DNA from: Verrucomicrobiales bacterium
Lineage (GTDB): Bacteria; Verrucomicrobiota; Verrucomicrobiia; Verrucomicrobiales; V1-33
Assembly (NCBI GenBank): GCA_031411295.1
Contig: JANOAV010000189.1
Span: 59,333-123,332, forward strand
Length of the DNA: 64,000 bases
Direction: 5' to 3'
Position 1 is the stretch's first letter; each line of letters starts with the position of its first letter. The translations under genes and the position numbers were made by a program. This document shows, piece by piece, positions 1 through 10,147 of this stretch. The notes under the pieces are model-generated. The model saw only the letters and a program-made list of their open reading frames with translations, was not told where the DNA came from and made no database searches.

Positions 1-43
1 TGGGAGGGGGATTTTGGGGCGCAGAATCCATGGAAGGTGATAG

Positions 44-316
44 TTAATTGAGTTTGGCGAGATATTTCGTGGGATTCTTTTTGAATTTGTCCACACAAGG
101 CTTGCAGCAGAACTTCATTTCCTGCCCCTGATACACGATGCGCTGTTCGTCGCCCATCGAACCCAGATCATTTCCGGTAACGACACAGGTGGTGAGCGGA
201 TAAGGCTTCACTCCGCTAGTGACGGCTGAATCGGAACCCGTCTTGCCCGTGCTGGCGCAGGAGCTAAGGACGAGGGTGACTGCTGCGAAGATTGCTGCGG
301 GAATTGTAATTTTCAT
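44..316 (-). CDS. Small lipoprotein with YHS/TRASH-like Cys metal-binding domain
   Basis: Start re-placed at MKITIPAA; lipobox LSSC; CVVTG...KFCCKPCVDKFKKNP pattern. Confidence 0.7.
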   Translation of the reverse strand: MKITIPAAIFAAVTLVLSSCASTGKTGSDSAVTSGVKPYPLTTCVVTGNDLGSMGDEQRIVYQGQEMKFCCKPCVDKFKKNPTKYLAKLN

Positions 317-507
317 AGTATTGTATTTTGGAAGGGAGTTTGCTGCAGATGAATTTCTACAACTACTCAGTAAATGTCCACGGTAGCTCCAAACCCTCAG
401 ATTATTTTCGGGCGGAGCAATCATGTTTGGAGAAGTTGATCTGGTTGCGCTGCGATCCCTCAGTCCCACCTCACTGCAGAATCACAAAATCGCCCTGCGT
501 TTCGGGG

Positions 508-3500
508 TTACTTCAGTTGCACGTTGGTCCGGTAGAAATATCGCGTGCCATCAGCAATGGTGGCGGGGCCGCGGATGATCATGATTCTATCCCCAGGGTT
601 GGGCCCGTTGATGATTTCTGTGGTGGGTGCCAGAGTGCGGGCGTCCACCCAGGTGGTTATATCTGGGGAGCCCTGCGGCAGAATGATGGCGTCGTCGGCG
701 TTGGCTTTGAAGGGGAACCGAATTTCAATTTCTCCGGCGCCATGTTTCACGACCTCGGGTAGGGCAGGCATTTGGAAACCGTTAGTGTCACTGGTGCCGA
801 GGGCGTATTCTACCAAGGCTGGGAAGCCGTCCTTATCGGCATCGCCCAGGGGATTCACGGTGAGCCTGAGGGCATCGCTGGCTCCGGGATTGCCGTTCGT
901 TTGGATACTGCTGCGCTGGTGGGCGGCATCGTAGTTGAGATCTTCGGGGCGCATGATGACGAGGCTGGGGCCGCCGCCATCGGAGTCGCCTGCACCCACG
1001 TAGGTGACGGTGGCGAGGACGGTTCCGAACGTGCTGGTTAGGGTGAGGGTCTCGCCATTGTTGGAAAGTTTCCCGCCATAGACTCCGTTGGGCACGATGC
1101 TATTGCCATAGCGCAGGGCGAAGGCATCCGCGTGTTTGACGAGTAGGATCTTGGCACCTGGCGGGAAAATGGAACCAGCGGGAAAGGTGTAGCTGATGCC
1201 GGCGGTAAACGTGGCCCCACTGAGGTTGACGTTGCTGGTGCTGAGGTTCGTGAGTTCGAGAAACTCAAAGACATCAGAATCCGCATAGGCCGCCAGTTGG
1301 GTGGCATTGAGTCCGACGGCTTCAGCGGTGGTGAGATCCACGGGATGATAGTGGATCTCGGAAATGACCAGGTTCTGATTCGTGGCCGGAGTCACATCGA
1401 CGAGGAATTGAGCTTCCGTCAGCGCGCTCCAATTTCCGTTGAGCAAGGTGCGAGCTTTCACGGTGGTGGTAGCGCTGAGGGGGATGCTGCTGGCATACTC
1501 AGAGCCGACGGCGGCACCACCGATGGCGCGGGGATCGGTGCCGTTAGTGCTGAAATAAATCGTGCCCGCCGGAACGTCTGTGGAGGTCATGGTGAGCCCA
1601 AACGCCGGGGGAATGTTGCCGCCGTGTTGACTAAAGACGGGGGCCACGACATTCGGATAGAGCGGGGCGCTGCCGATCGCCAAGGCGGAGGTGAGGCGAT
1701 AGTTGCGCAACTGCTGCACCACCGTTTCCGTGCGGCCATTGAGCCAACCACGAGCAACCCCCACGGCAGAGGACCATTGCGCGTCATTTAGGCTAGTGGA
1801 ACCCCAACGCTGGGCGTGCGCTTTGACAGCCAGATTGATTTGGCTGGCCAGATCGTCGATGCGCGCCTGGGAACTGGTGGTCGTCATGACGCCGCCATTG
1901 AAGAAATGCCGATGCGCGCGATCCGCCACTTTGAGGCGGAACTCAGGGCTGGCGCAGAGGTCCTGGAAGAGCCATTGTGGGTTGGAGTAAATGAAGTTGT
2001 TCTGATTCGTGGCCGCAGTGGGATTGGAGGGCCACGGCCCCGTGCGATCATTTTGGCTGGCCCCGGCTCCCACCGTGTGTTCCGCATCGTGGGTGTAGAA
2101 CGTGAAGCCTTGATCCTGGTTGACGCGACTGCGCAGGCTGAACCAATTGTTGGCCCGCTCACTGCCCAGAAAGGCGGAGAGCGGAGCATCACCATCGCCT
2201 GTGTAGAAGATGGTGAGCAGGTAATCGATGAGACTGGTTTCGTCCACCAGCACGGGGTAAGTGGGGTTCCGGGTGCCATCGGGATTCTTGCCGAGGATTT
2301 CGAAATAAGCCGCGGTGGTGGGCGCTGCGGCCAGCGCGCGGGCTTTATCCCAGAGGAGTTTCCAGGCTGCGGTGGTGGTGCCGCCGCCGACTAACGGCTG
2401 GGTGTCCAAGTAGCCGCTGGTAGCTTCGGTGGCGAATCCTCCATTGTGGTTGGCGGTCTTGATGACATCGTAATCATCTTTATTGCCCCCGAAATACGCC
2501 TCGCCATAACCGCCGGAGACGCGTTCATCGAAGTAAAACAGGCCCCAATACAGACCGTTGAGATAGAGCTGAAAATATTTATTCCGGCAGGCAGGCGAAC
2601 CCGTGGCCAGCAACGTGGTGCGGGAAAAGGGATCTCGCACCATGGTATCACTCGCGTCGCCCCCCTGCCAACTGTAGTTCTGGCTGCTGGCGAGATCGAT
2701 GACGTCATATTGACTGGCTCCGGTATTGCCGAAGATGGGAAACTCCAGTTTCCCCGCGCCATACTCGCCCCGGAAATAAGCCCGGAAGCTATGCTTCGGC
2801 ACGGTGCTGCTGCGACTGGCTCCGCCCCGAATCCGCAGGCCGAAATTCTGCTGAATCTTCCCCTGCTGACCGACTGCTCCGTTGGGATCCAACCACTCGA
2901 ATGACGCGGGCCGTTCCCATTCATCGCCATGGCCGCCGGCGTTGGCGTAGATGCCCGTCCCGGCATCGAAGAGATTGGCCATTTCCGTGACCACCGAGAC
3001 GGTTGGAATCTGAGTTAGCGCGGCCTGCAGGGCGGCATCGCCATAGAGCGCGCGGACCGCAGGATCCATCCCATAGTTGACGGAATTGGCACCCCAACTG
3101 ACGGGCCAACCGGTGGGAGCTTGGCCGTTGGCGGCTTGAGCGACGACGTCGCTGAGAAAAATGTAGGTGTTCGTATCCACGTTCGTCGGCTTCCAATTCG
3201 TCTTGAACGCCCGGGCGCGGAGGACCGTCGTTTGTGAAATGGTCAGCGGACCGGAATAGAGCGTGCCTTGGCCGGGTTCCGGCTCCTCGCCATTCGTGCT
3301 ATACCAGATGTCCACGCCTGGGGTTAGGCTCGTGATGGCCACGGTCTGCGCGCTGGTGTAGAAACCGCGTTTCACGGAGAAACTGGTGTCCGCCACGGTG
3401 TCGATAAACCAAGTCGAGTTGTTCTGCGCGCCTGGAGTCGGCGTCGTTAGGTAACTGGCGAAGGCATTTACAATGAGCGAATTGGCGATCAGTTGCGGTT

Positions 3501-6345
3501 GCACGAAGAAATCCGCATCCGTTAGCCCGGCGGTCAAGCCTTGGATCGCTAGCACGTTATTCGAGCCCGGGTTGAGCGAGGCGATGGCACTGGAAATATC
3601 AATTTCCTCCCAGACCAGGGCAGAGACATCATCGCGTTCGACCGGAGCGACCGCATTCCACGGCGTAGTGGTCGGCGTGCGACGTTCGGCAACTTTCACA
3701 CCGTTGATGTAAGCGACGAACGCGTCGTCGTTGCGCATGCGTAATTTCAGGCTCTTCAACGCGCTGACATCCGCCACGTTAAATGGATAGCGCATGAAGG
3801 CGGAAGTGTTCTTGCCGTAGAGACTATCCTTCACATTCGTGGCGATGAGCGGCAGGTAGGTGTCGAACGCCCGCCCCATGACCACGACTTCACCCAGCGA
3901 GAGCACGTTGCTTTCGTCCGTATTGCCATTGCCGGCCGAGCCGCTGAGATCAGGGTCCGGGGTGCGCGTGATGACCACATAACGTCCCGGAACGGATCCG
4001 CCCGCCAGCGCGCTGAGGTTGACCGCAATCTGGCCCGGGCCGCCGGGGAAGGCGTAGCCAGCGTTCTCGGGATTCAGCAGCGCGCTTTGAAAGACGACGG
4101 TGCTGTTATCCGTGTCGAGCACTTTGACCGTGAGGTCCCGCATCCGCGAGCCACAGCAACTGGTGCGGTTATACAACGTGATGGAAGAAATGAGTTTCCG
4201 TCCCCCAAGATCAATGGCTAAACGGGCGGCATTGTCGGTGCTGGCAGTATGCGTGAAGTCCCCATAGTTGCCGTTGGTGGCATTACCTTCAGGGAAACCA
4301 ATGTTGCTGGAACCCGTGGCCACCGCGGCCAGCGCGACGTTCGTATCCACCACCGGACCGACGCCCACAAGTGCGTTGATTTGTAATTCACCGATGGCCA
4401 AGGTGTAACTATCATGATCGTTCACGCCGCCGCCCCCAGTGCGGGTGATTTTTACTTTTCGCCCCAGCAGGCCAGTGGGATTGGTGGGGAGTAAATTGAG
4501 CACATAGGGTGCTTGCGGTGCTGTGTTATTGCTGTTGAGCAAGCCAGAGGTCCAGACCACGGCATCCGCTTGATCTAAAACATCGACCGTAAAGTTACGC
4601 AACCGCTCTGGGCAACAGCCATCGCCTCGATTGTAAATTACCAGGCTCGCCAAGGCCACATCATTGGGTAAGGCCACTTCCAGCCAAGCATTGGCATCAG
4701 CAGGCGCACCGCTGGTGTGGGTGAAATTTGCGGTATTGCCATCAATGGCGTTGCCCGCCGGATAACCGCCGTATTCCGAACTCTGGAAGGCAACCACCCC
4801 AATGGATTGCGCCGCATTGTAAGTGGCGGGCGGAGGCGTGACATTCACTTGCACTTCGCCCAGCGAAAGGATCGTGGAGCTTCCCGTCTTGGTAATGCGG
4901 ACTCGCTTGCCCGGCACATTGTTGCCGCCATTGGCACCCGCCACATTGACATAGATCAGCGCTGGGCCGGCCAGAGTGTTCCCTGGATTCAGGGTTGGTG
5001 AGGTCCAACGCAGCGTGCCCGCAGCATCGTAAATCTGCACCGTGATATCCGCGAGGCGCTCCGGGCAGCAGTTACTGCGGTTGTTGAGAATAATGTTAGA
5101 GATTTGCCCCTCATTGGCCAGGACGACCTGCCACCAAGGATTCACGTCACCAGCAGCCCCGGTGGTGTGGGTGAAATTTGCCAGATTCCCATCAATGCCC
5201 AGCGCGGCAGGATAGCCGCTCAGTTCCGTGCTCTGGGTGGCGACAGCACCCGTGATACGAGCCGCATTAACCGTGTTAGGAGCGGTGGCGAAGACTTGCA
5301 CTTCGCCCAAGGAGAGCACGTAATTGTCATGATCCCCAATCGCCCCACCGCCACCCGTCCGCGTGACGCGGACTCGACTGCCGGTCTGCAAACTTCCCAG
5401 CGTTCCAAACAAATCCAATGTGATCGAAGCCGGGCCATTCAAACTGTTATTCGGATTCAACAACGCGGAGGTATACACCGCCGTGCCCGCAGCATTCAAG
5501 ATTTGCACCGTGAGATTGCGCATGCGCTCGGGGCAGCAACCGCCCCCGCGGTTGAAGAGGACGATTTTGCCAATGTCCTGCGGCACCGGAAAAGCCACCT
5601 GCCACCAAGCGTTCGCATCTGCCGCACTCCCACTGGTGTGCGTGAAATTTCCCGTATTCCCATCCACTGCGTTGCTGGCAGGATAGCCGCCCAGTTCCGA
5701 ACTCTGCGTGGCTACGCCGATGTTCGAGACATTGCTCGTGACGGGCACGATTCCTACATCATATCCCACTCCGCCAGGTGCCGTGCCGGTAATCCAAGTC
5801 CCGCCCGTGCTGGTCTGATTCCAGTCGGCCGGTAAATCACCCACTGCCAACGGGACGAGCACCGAGGGAGTCACCGTGGCCACCAAGTCTGTGGCCACCG
5901 GCGTCTGCGCAATGCCATACGATTGGTTCGCTTTCTGCCCCGGATACTGCGGGTTAAATTCCGATACCACCGTGGTGCCATTCGGTTGCACCAACGCCAG
6001 ATACTCCCCGGAGTTGTTCAATGAGAAATTCGTGTGCAATTGCTGCCCCGCCACCGCGCGATTTTTTCCCGACGCGAACACTACTAACGATCCCCCAGGA
6101 GCAATGGAGACGCTGGGAAAGCGCCATTTCAGCTTACTTCCAGCATCATCCGTGAGCGCCCACCCCGTGAGATCCGCCGTCGTGGCATCAGGATTCTGGA
6201 TCTCGATCCAGTCAGAAGTCGCGCCATCTTCATCGCGCAACCCAGCCGAATTTTCCGCCAAAAATTCGGAAATGAATGGAGCTGCCGCCAAGGGGCGGAC
6301 GAAGGAAAACAGCGCACAGAGTGAGGCTACGAGGAGGATTTTCAT
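508..6345 (-). CDS. Large exported protein: lamin-tail domain, four F-type lectin (fucolectin-like) repeats, chitobiase/Fn3-associated domain, CotH kinase-like domain, second lamin-tail domain, C-terminal DxDxDG...FYR domain
   Basis: Signal peptide; ISEFLAEN...SDWIEIQN (LTD); 4x FTHT...NR..CC..R; GLRIRGGASR..PKHSFRAYFR and YFQLYLNGLYWGLF (CotH-like); ISEIHYHP...EFLELTN (LTD). Confidence 0.85.
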   Translation of the reverse strand: MKILLVASLCALFSFVRPLAAAPFISEFLAENSAGLRDEDGATSDWIEIQNPDATTADLTGWALTDDAGSKLKWRFPSVSIAPGGSLVVFASGKNRAVAGQQLHTNFSLNNSGEYLALVQPNGTTVVSEFNPQYPGQKANQSYGIAQTPVATDLVATVTPSVLVPLAVGDLPADWNQTSTGGTWITGTAPGGVGYDVGIVPVTSNVSNIGVATQSSELGGYPASNAVDGNTGNFTHTSGSAADANAWWQVAFPVPQDIGKIVLFNRGGGCCPERMRNLTVQILNAAGTAVYTSALLNPNNSLNGPASITLDLFGTLGSLQTGSRVRVTRTGGGGAIGDHDNYVLSLGEVQVFATAPNTVNAARITGAVATQSTELSGYPAALGIDGNLANFTHTTGAAGDVNPWWQVVLANEGQISNIILNNRSNCCPERLADITVQIYDAAGTLRWTSPTLNPGNTLAGPALIYVNVAGANGGNNVPGKRVRITKTGSSTILSLGEVQVNVTPPPATYNAAQSIGVVAFQSSEYGGYPAGNAIDGNTANFTHTSGAPADANAWLEVALPNDVALASLVIYNRGDGCCPERLRNFTVDVLDQADAVVWTSGLLNSNNTAPQAPYVLNLLPTNPTGLLGRKVKITRTGGGGVNDHDSYTLAIGELQINALVGVGPVVDTNVALAAVATGSSNIGFPEGNATNGNYGDFTHTASTDNAARLAIDLGGRKLISSITLYNRTSCCGSRMRDLTVKVLDTDNSTVVFQSALLNPENAGYAFPGGPGQIAVNLSALAGGSVPGRYVVITRTPDPDLSGSAGNGNTDESNVLSLGEVVVMGRAFDTYLPLIATNVKDSLYGKNTSAFMRYPFNVADVSALKSLKLRMRNDDAFVAYINGVKVAERRTPTTTPWNAVAPVERDDVSALVWEEIDISSAIASLNPGSNNVLAIQGLTAGLTDADFFVQPQLIANSLIVNAFASYLTTPTPGAQNNSTWFIDTVADTSFSVKRGFYTSAQTVAITSLTPGVDIWYSTNGEEPEPGQGTLYSGPLTISQTTVLRARAFKTNWKPTNVDTNTYIFLSDVVAQAANGQAPTGWPVSWGANSVNYGMDPAVRALYGDAALQAALTQIPTVSVVTEMANLFDAGTGIYANAGGHGDEWERPASFEWLDPNGAVGQQGKIQQNFGLRIRGGASRSSTVPKHSFRAYFRGEYGAGKLEFPIFGNTGASQYDVIDLASSQNYSWQGGDASDTMVRDPFSRTTLLATGSPACRNKYFQLYLNGLYWGLFYFDERVSGGYGEAYFGGNKDDYDVIKTANHNGGFATEATSGYLDTQPLVGGGTTTAAWKLLWDKARALAAAPTTAAYFEILGKNPDGTRNPTYPVLVDETSLIDYLLTIFYTGDGDAPLSAFLGSERANNWFSLRSRVNQDQGFTFYTHDAEHTVGAGASQNDRTGPWPSNPTAATNQNNFIYSNPQWLFQDLCASPEFRLKVADRAHRHFFNGGVMTTTSSQARIDDLASQINLAVKAHAQRWGSTSLNDAQWSSAVGVARGWLNGRTETVVQQLRNYRLTSALAIGSAPLYPNVVAPVFSQHGGNIPPAFGLTMTSTDVPAGTIYFSTNGTDPRAIGGAAVGSEYASSIPLSATTTVKARTLLNGNWSALTEAQFLVDVTPATNQNLVISEIHYHPVDLTTAEAVGLNATQLAAYADSDVFEFLELTNLSTSNVNLSGATFTAGISYTFPAGSIFPPGAKILLVKHADAFALRYGNSIVPNGVYGGKLSNNGETLTLTSTFGTVLATVTYVGAGDSDGGGPSLVIMRPEDLNYDAAHQRSSIQTNGNPGASDALRLTVNPLGDADKDGFPALVEYALGTSDTNGFQMPALPEVVKHGAGEIEIRFPFKANADDAIILPQGSPDITTWVDARTLAPTTEIINGPNPGDRIMIIRGPATIADGTRYFYRTNVQLK

Positions 6346-6461
6346 GAGGGGGAATTATTGCTTAGCGAATAATAGCAATATCCATCTGACTAGTCCATTA
6401 AATTCATGCTGTTTCGGGCGCCCGGGCAGCTGGGAGTGGTGGATGGTAACCGCCAGCTTAA

Positions 6462-7307
6462 TCATTTAGCTGTGGCCACCGGCCCAGCCGATGCAAGCAA
6501 CGCAGGATTCGTCTCCACCCGATTCCGCCGCATCCGCTGCAACGCCGACGCGCTGAGTTCCCATCTGCGCGAGTGCCAGCCATCAGTGAAAACTTCGCTC
6601 TCATCCATTCGCTCCATTTTGCGGAAAGCCGCTTGCGAAGGGGTATAGCAGGATAACCGACCCACATTCTCATCTACCAGCTCGGATTCACTTTTCCCGA
6701 CCAACGGGCTGACTGCCACGTAGCACCCTCGCTCCACCGCCCGGGCTGAGGCGCAGCGCGCGATGCGCTCCACGCCCAGCATCGTCTCCGTGGCACTGGG
6801 AACGAGGAGCAGATCGATCCCCTGGTCCCGCAGCGCGATGCTGTGTTCCGGCAGTTCCACATCCAGACAAACGAGCGTCGCCAGCTTCCAGCCGAGGAAC
6901 ATCCACGGATGGATGCCGCGGCCAGGATCAAACGCTTTTTCCCATGGCGTAAGGCAGAGTTTATCCTGAAACAGCGGCCGACCGTCAGCTAAAATTACCG
7001 CCCGATTATGAAGGCCCTGAGGGCCACAACAAGGCACGGTTCCTAGGATAACGCATTTGTTGGGCTGGCTCAAGGCAACCGAAATGTCCGGCCACAGCTG
7101 ATCCCAGAAGAGCGTGGAAACTTCCGATAATCCACCAGCAAAACGTTCCAATCCCAACCAAAGAAACTCCGGCAGCAAGACTACATCCGCGCCTTCCTCC
7201 CAGGACGCGACCACTCGCTGGGTGACGGCGGAAGCAAAGGCCTGCGGCGTTTCCCCCGGATCGCCCAAGTCGGCCGTCCAAGCGGTCAGTGTCAGCGTCG
7301 CGTTCAA
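6462..7307 (-). CDS. Carbon-nitrogen hydrolase (nitrilase/Nit family)
   Basis: Catalytic E-K-C motifs LLPEF, QDKLCL, LVCLDVELPE; TTG start overlaps the yqgE stop (TTGA). Confidence 0.8.
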   Translation of the reverse strand: MNATLTLTAWTADLGDPGETPQAFASAVTQRVVASWEEGADVVLLPEFLWLGLERFAGGLSEVSTLFWDQLWPDISVALSQPNKCVILGTVPCCGPQGLHNRAVILADGRPLFQDKLCLTPWEKAFDPGRGIHPWMFLGWKLATLVCLDVELPEHSIALRDQGIDLLLVPSATETMLGVERIARCASARAVERGCYVAVSPLVGKSESELVDENVGRLSCYTPSQAAFRKMERMDESEVFTDGWHSRRWELSASALQRMRRNRVETNPALLASAGPVATAK

Positions 7308-7876
7308 TTGAGCGAGGGATCCTCCGGGGTGTCGGCCAGAATGCGGCCCCACGGTCCCAACGAACTCAAGAGCGACGTCCATAAGTCTTCGCGACGGCCC
7401 GGTTTGAGCACTTCAGCCGCAGGGCTTCGGGTGATCCATGCCTGCTCTCGTAACTCGTCCTCCAATTGCCCCTCACTCCACCCCGCATAGCCCAGAAAGG
7501 CTCGCACCACATCCCCTGCCTCATGTCGCGCGATGGCCTCCTGCGTGGAAAGATGGGTATTAAAACTAAGGACATCCTGGTCTGGTGGCCAACCGAAGGC
7601 CGCAAAGGTCAAATGCTCCTGTCCAACGGGACCGCCAATATAGATCGGCACCTCGCGCAGGGCAGCAAACTCGACCGAGGCCAGAACATCGCCCACCTTC
7701 TTATCCATGGGCCGGTTCAAGATATACCCATGCGCGCCCTTGGCCCGACTGTATTCGGTCAAGAGTAACACGCAGCGACTGAAGTTAGGGTCGCGCAAGG
7801 AGGGATCGGCCAAGAAAAGCGAGCCCTTGATAGGCAGGTTTGGAACTGAGGGATTGGTCATGGTTGGTGATGCCAA
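7304..7876 (-). CDS. yqgE: YqgE/AlgH (DUF179) family protein
   Basis: LADPSLRDPNF, GYILNRP, GGPV, FLGYAGWSEGQLEDEL, DPSLN; start may be 7861. Confidence 0.9.
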   Translation of the reverse strand: MASPTMTNPSVPNLPIKGSLFLADPSLRDPNFSRCVLLLTEYSRAKGAHGYILNRPMDKKVGDVLASVEFAALREVPIYIGGPVGQEHLTFAAFGWPPDQDVLSFNTHLSTQEAIARHEAGDVVRAFLGYAGWSEGQLEDELREQAWITRSPAAEVLKPGRREDLWTSLLSSLGPWGRILADTPEDPSLN

Positions 7877-8105
7877 TTTAGCACCATCGCAGCCGTTGAT
7901 AAAGCGAAAACACCTAAACGGGGATCAAGAGCCAATTTGCCGCATCTGAGGGTTCTTGGTTCGCGGCTACGGCATTGGGAACGTCGCTAAGCCGGGGCTC
8001 TTAATGCGTGTTGGGGCAAGCTGTCACTTGCATCTTGCATTGGCTGCGTCGATTGTTGCGGGATTACCATTTTTAAGTGGCCAGTAAAATAATAGACGAA
8101 TCCGT

Positions 8106-8648
8106 ATGATTTCTCACATAAACCAAATGCGGCTTTTCCTGAATCACTTAGGATTAGTATATAAAGACACAGAAACTGAAATACTTCAATCACGAATAGA
8201 TTATCTTCAGTTTGATAGGGGATTCATCCCAGAACATGCTGTCTTTATTGTTAACTTAATGCCGAGTAAAACATCCTGCATCGAAGCGGATTCAGAAGCA
8301 ATTTTTCAATTTTATAGTTTTGATTTAAGTTGCTCGCGGAATCAAAGGAACCAAACCAAGGACGCAGATCATTGTTGGTTGCTTGGAGACCACCTTAGCT
8401 CAGCCGCTCTCACATTGCGCAGCAACTGGAAAAGTATGAGCTTAGAATATGCCTACATTGACTTTTTATCTCCCGAAAAGCGGATAATTTGGGATGATAC
8501 TTTTGTTGACAAATTGCATAAACTTACAATCGGCGATGCAGCTGGGTTAGAGTTGTTTTCCGAAGGATTACCCGAAAAAGAGTTGAAAGGTTTGGTAACA
8601 AAGTGGGAAAGTGTCTTTCATAAGTTCCTAAATGCGAAAAGTCACTAG
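8106..8648 (+). CDS. Hypothetical protein, AT-rich orphan
   Basis: 180-aa ORF in a visibly AT-rich segment; no recognised motif. Confidence 0.5.
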   Translation: MISHINQMRLFLNHLGLVYKDTETEILQSRIDYLQFDRGFIPEHAVFIVNLMPSKTSCIEADSEAIFQFYSFDLSCSRNQRNQTKDADHCWLLGDHLSSAALTLRSNWKSMSLEYAYIDFLSPEKRIIWDDTFVDKLHKLTIGDAAGLELFSEGLPEKELKGLVTKWESVFHKFLNAKSH

Positions 8649-8813
8649 CACAACTTCAATCTTGCGCACCCTATGACAAAACCTTTGAAATTCTGTCAAC
8701 GTATCGGCGTAATAAATCCCCCTACAAGTCAGAGCGCCGAGCCTGCCGAGCTACCAGGCATAGGTGCGTCGTCGCTACCGTCGTTTGAGGAACTGCGAAG
8801 AGCCGAAGCAAAC

Positions 8814-10049
8814 TTACCGGCTTTGGTATTGCAGGGAGAAGAAAGCGCCTTTCACCAGGGCCTTGCGCGGTTTTTTCTCATTCGTGCCCCGCGTGGCGAC
8901 GATGCTGGAACCCTGCGCGGCGGGGCCGTTGGTGGGGTTCTTGGGCAGGGCGTTGAGAGAACTGTAGGTGGTGGCCAATGGCGGGGAAGCGGAGTTGGTG
9001 GAGACGACTTGATTGGAAGAAAGTTTCGGCAGCGCCAGAGGGGCGGCAGGAGCGGTGGGCGCTTCGTCTTCTTGTGGATTCAAAATTTCACCATCGTTGA
9101 TTAACGTGGTCCGAATGTTGGGGGAGGTTGGCCAAGTGGTGGCATTGGGGGTGATCACAATGCTCTCGCCTTGCAGGGCTGAAGCTCCACGCAGCGGTTG
9201 GGTTGGATGCTCGGTGTTAAGATGCACGCCGCTGCCACTGGCACTTGATTGAATGGTCCCGTTGCTAGTAATATTGATTTGGACAGTGTTGCTGCCGGGG
9301 ACATATCTCGGCACGGCTTGCAGGTGGACCGTGAAGCCGCGCATGGTGCCATAATTGTTGATGCTGGCGATGGTGGTGGCTGGCTGGGCCAGGGCTGTGG
9401 TCGCTGGGTTGGTGACGTTGGCCCGGCCTGCCGCCGTGATCCGCAGATCGCCATTGGTGGATTCCAGCAAGGCAGGATCGCCAAAGCGACCTTCATTTTG
9501 CACGGTGGACCCAATGATGGTGAGATTTCCTTGGGACGCCCGCACGATGCCGCGATTGTTTACGGTGCCACCCGTGGAGGTGACGGTTCCCGCAGGCTCT
9601 CCGACGACTGTCTCGCCTGTGGTGATCCATTGATCTGCATTGGCTGCAGGGAGCGCGCTGAGGAGGACCGTGGGAGCATTGATACTACCACCAGCTCCTA
9701 CGGTAATGTTCTGGGAGAACAAGCCCAGGCGTCCGTTGGAACTCAGAGGTCCATTGATGACGCTGCTGCCACCGTCAACGATGGCGACAGCCTGGCCGCC
9801 GCTGTTGATGGTAAGTCGCTGTAAACTACTGGTCCCGCCAATTTGAAGCCCCTGCCAGTTGAGCCGAGTGGAGCCATTGAGGAGAATCGTGCCCTGCCCT
9901 GCGGAGTCGATGAAACATTGCGGAATGGCTCCGGTGAAGCCTTGATATCCAGTGAACATGTGACAGTCCACGGGGACAGATTGAGCGTGCAAGGCAGCAG
10001 GCCACAGCAGAGCGGCCAAGGCAAGGTAGTGCTGGGCTTTAGCCCGCAT
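8814..10049 (-). CDS. Short filamentous-haemagglutinin-like (TpsA-like) beta-helical exoprotein
   Basis: Signal peptide MRAKAQHYLALAALLWPAALHA; LNWQGLQIG, SVINGPLSSNGRL, TVNNRGIV, INNYGTM repeats; alternative start 10151. Confidence 0.65.
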   Translation of the reverse strand: MRAKAQHYLALAALLWPAALHAQSVPVDCHMFTGYQGFTGAIPQCFIDSAGQGTILLNGSTRLNWQGLQIGGTSSLQRLTINSGGQAVAIVDGGSSVINGPLSSNGRLGLFSQNITVGAGGSINAPTVLLSALPAANADQWITTGETVVGEPAGTVTSTGGTVNNRGIVRASQGNLTIIGSTVQNEGRFGDPALLESTNGDLRITAAGRANVTNPATTALAQPATTIASINNYGTMRGFTVHLQAVPRYVPGSNTVQINITSNGTIQSSASGSGVHLNTEHPTQPLRGASALQGESIVITPNATTWPTSPNIRTTLINDGEILNPQEDEAPTAPAAPLALPKLSSNQVVSTNSASPPLATTYSSLNALPKNPTNGPAAQGSSIVATRGTNEKKPRKALVKGAFFSLQYQSR

Positions 10050-10147
10050 ACGATGAACTGCGGAGTGAGCGTTCGAGGCGCTGGGATGGTGGTCAGCGAG
10101 GGAACGGTTTACGGGCTGAAGCCCATTACGACATGGATGCTGCGTTT

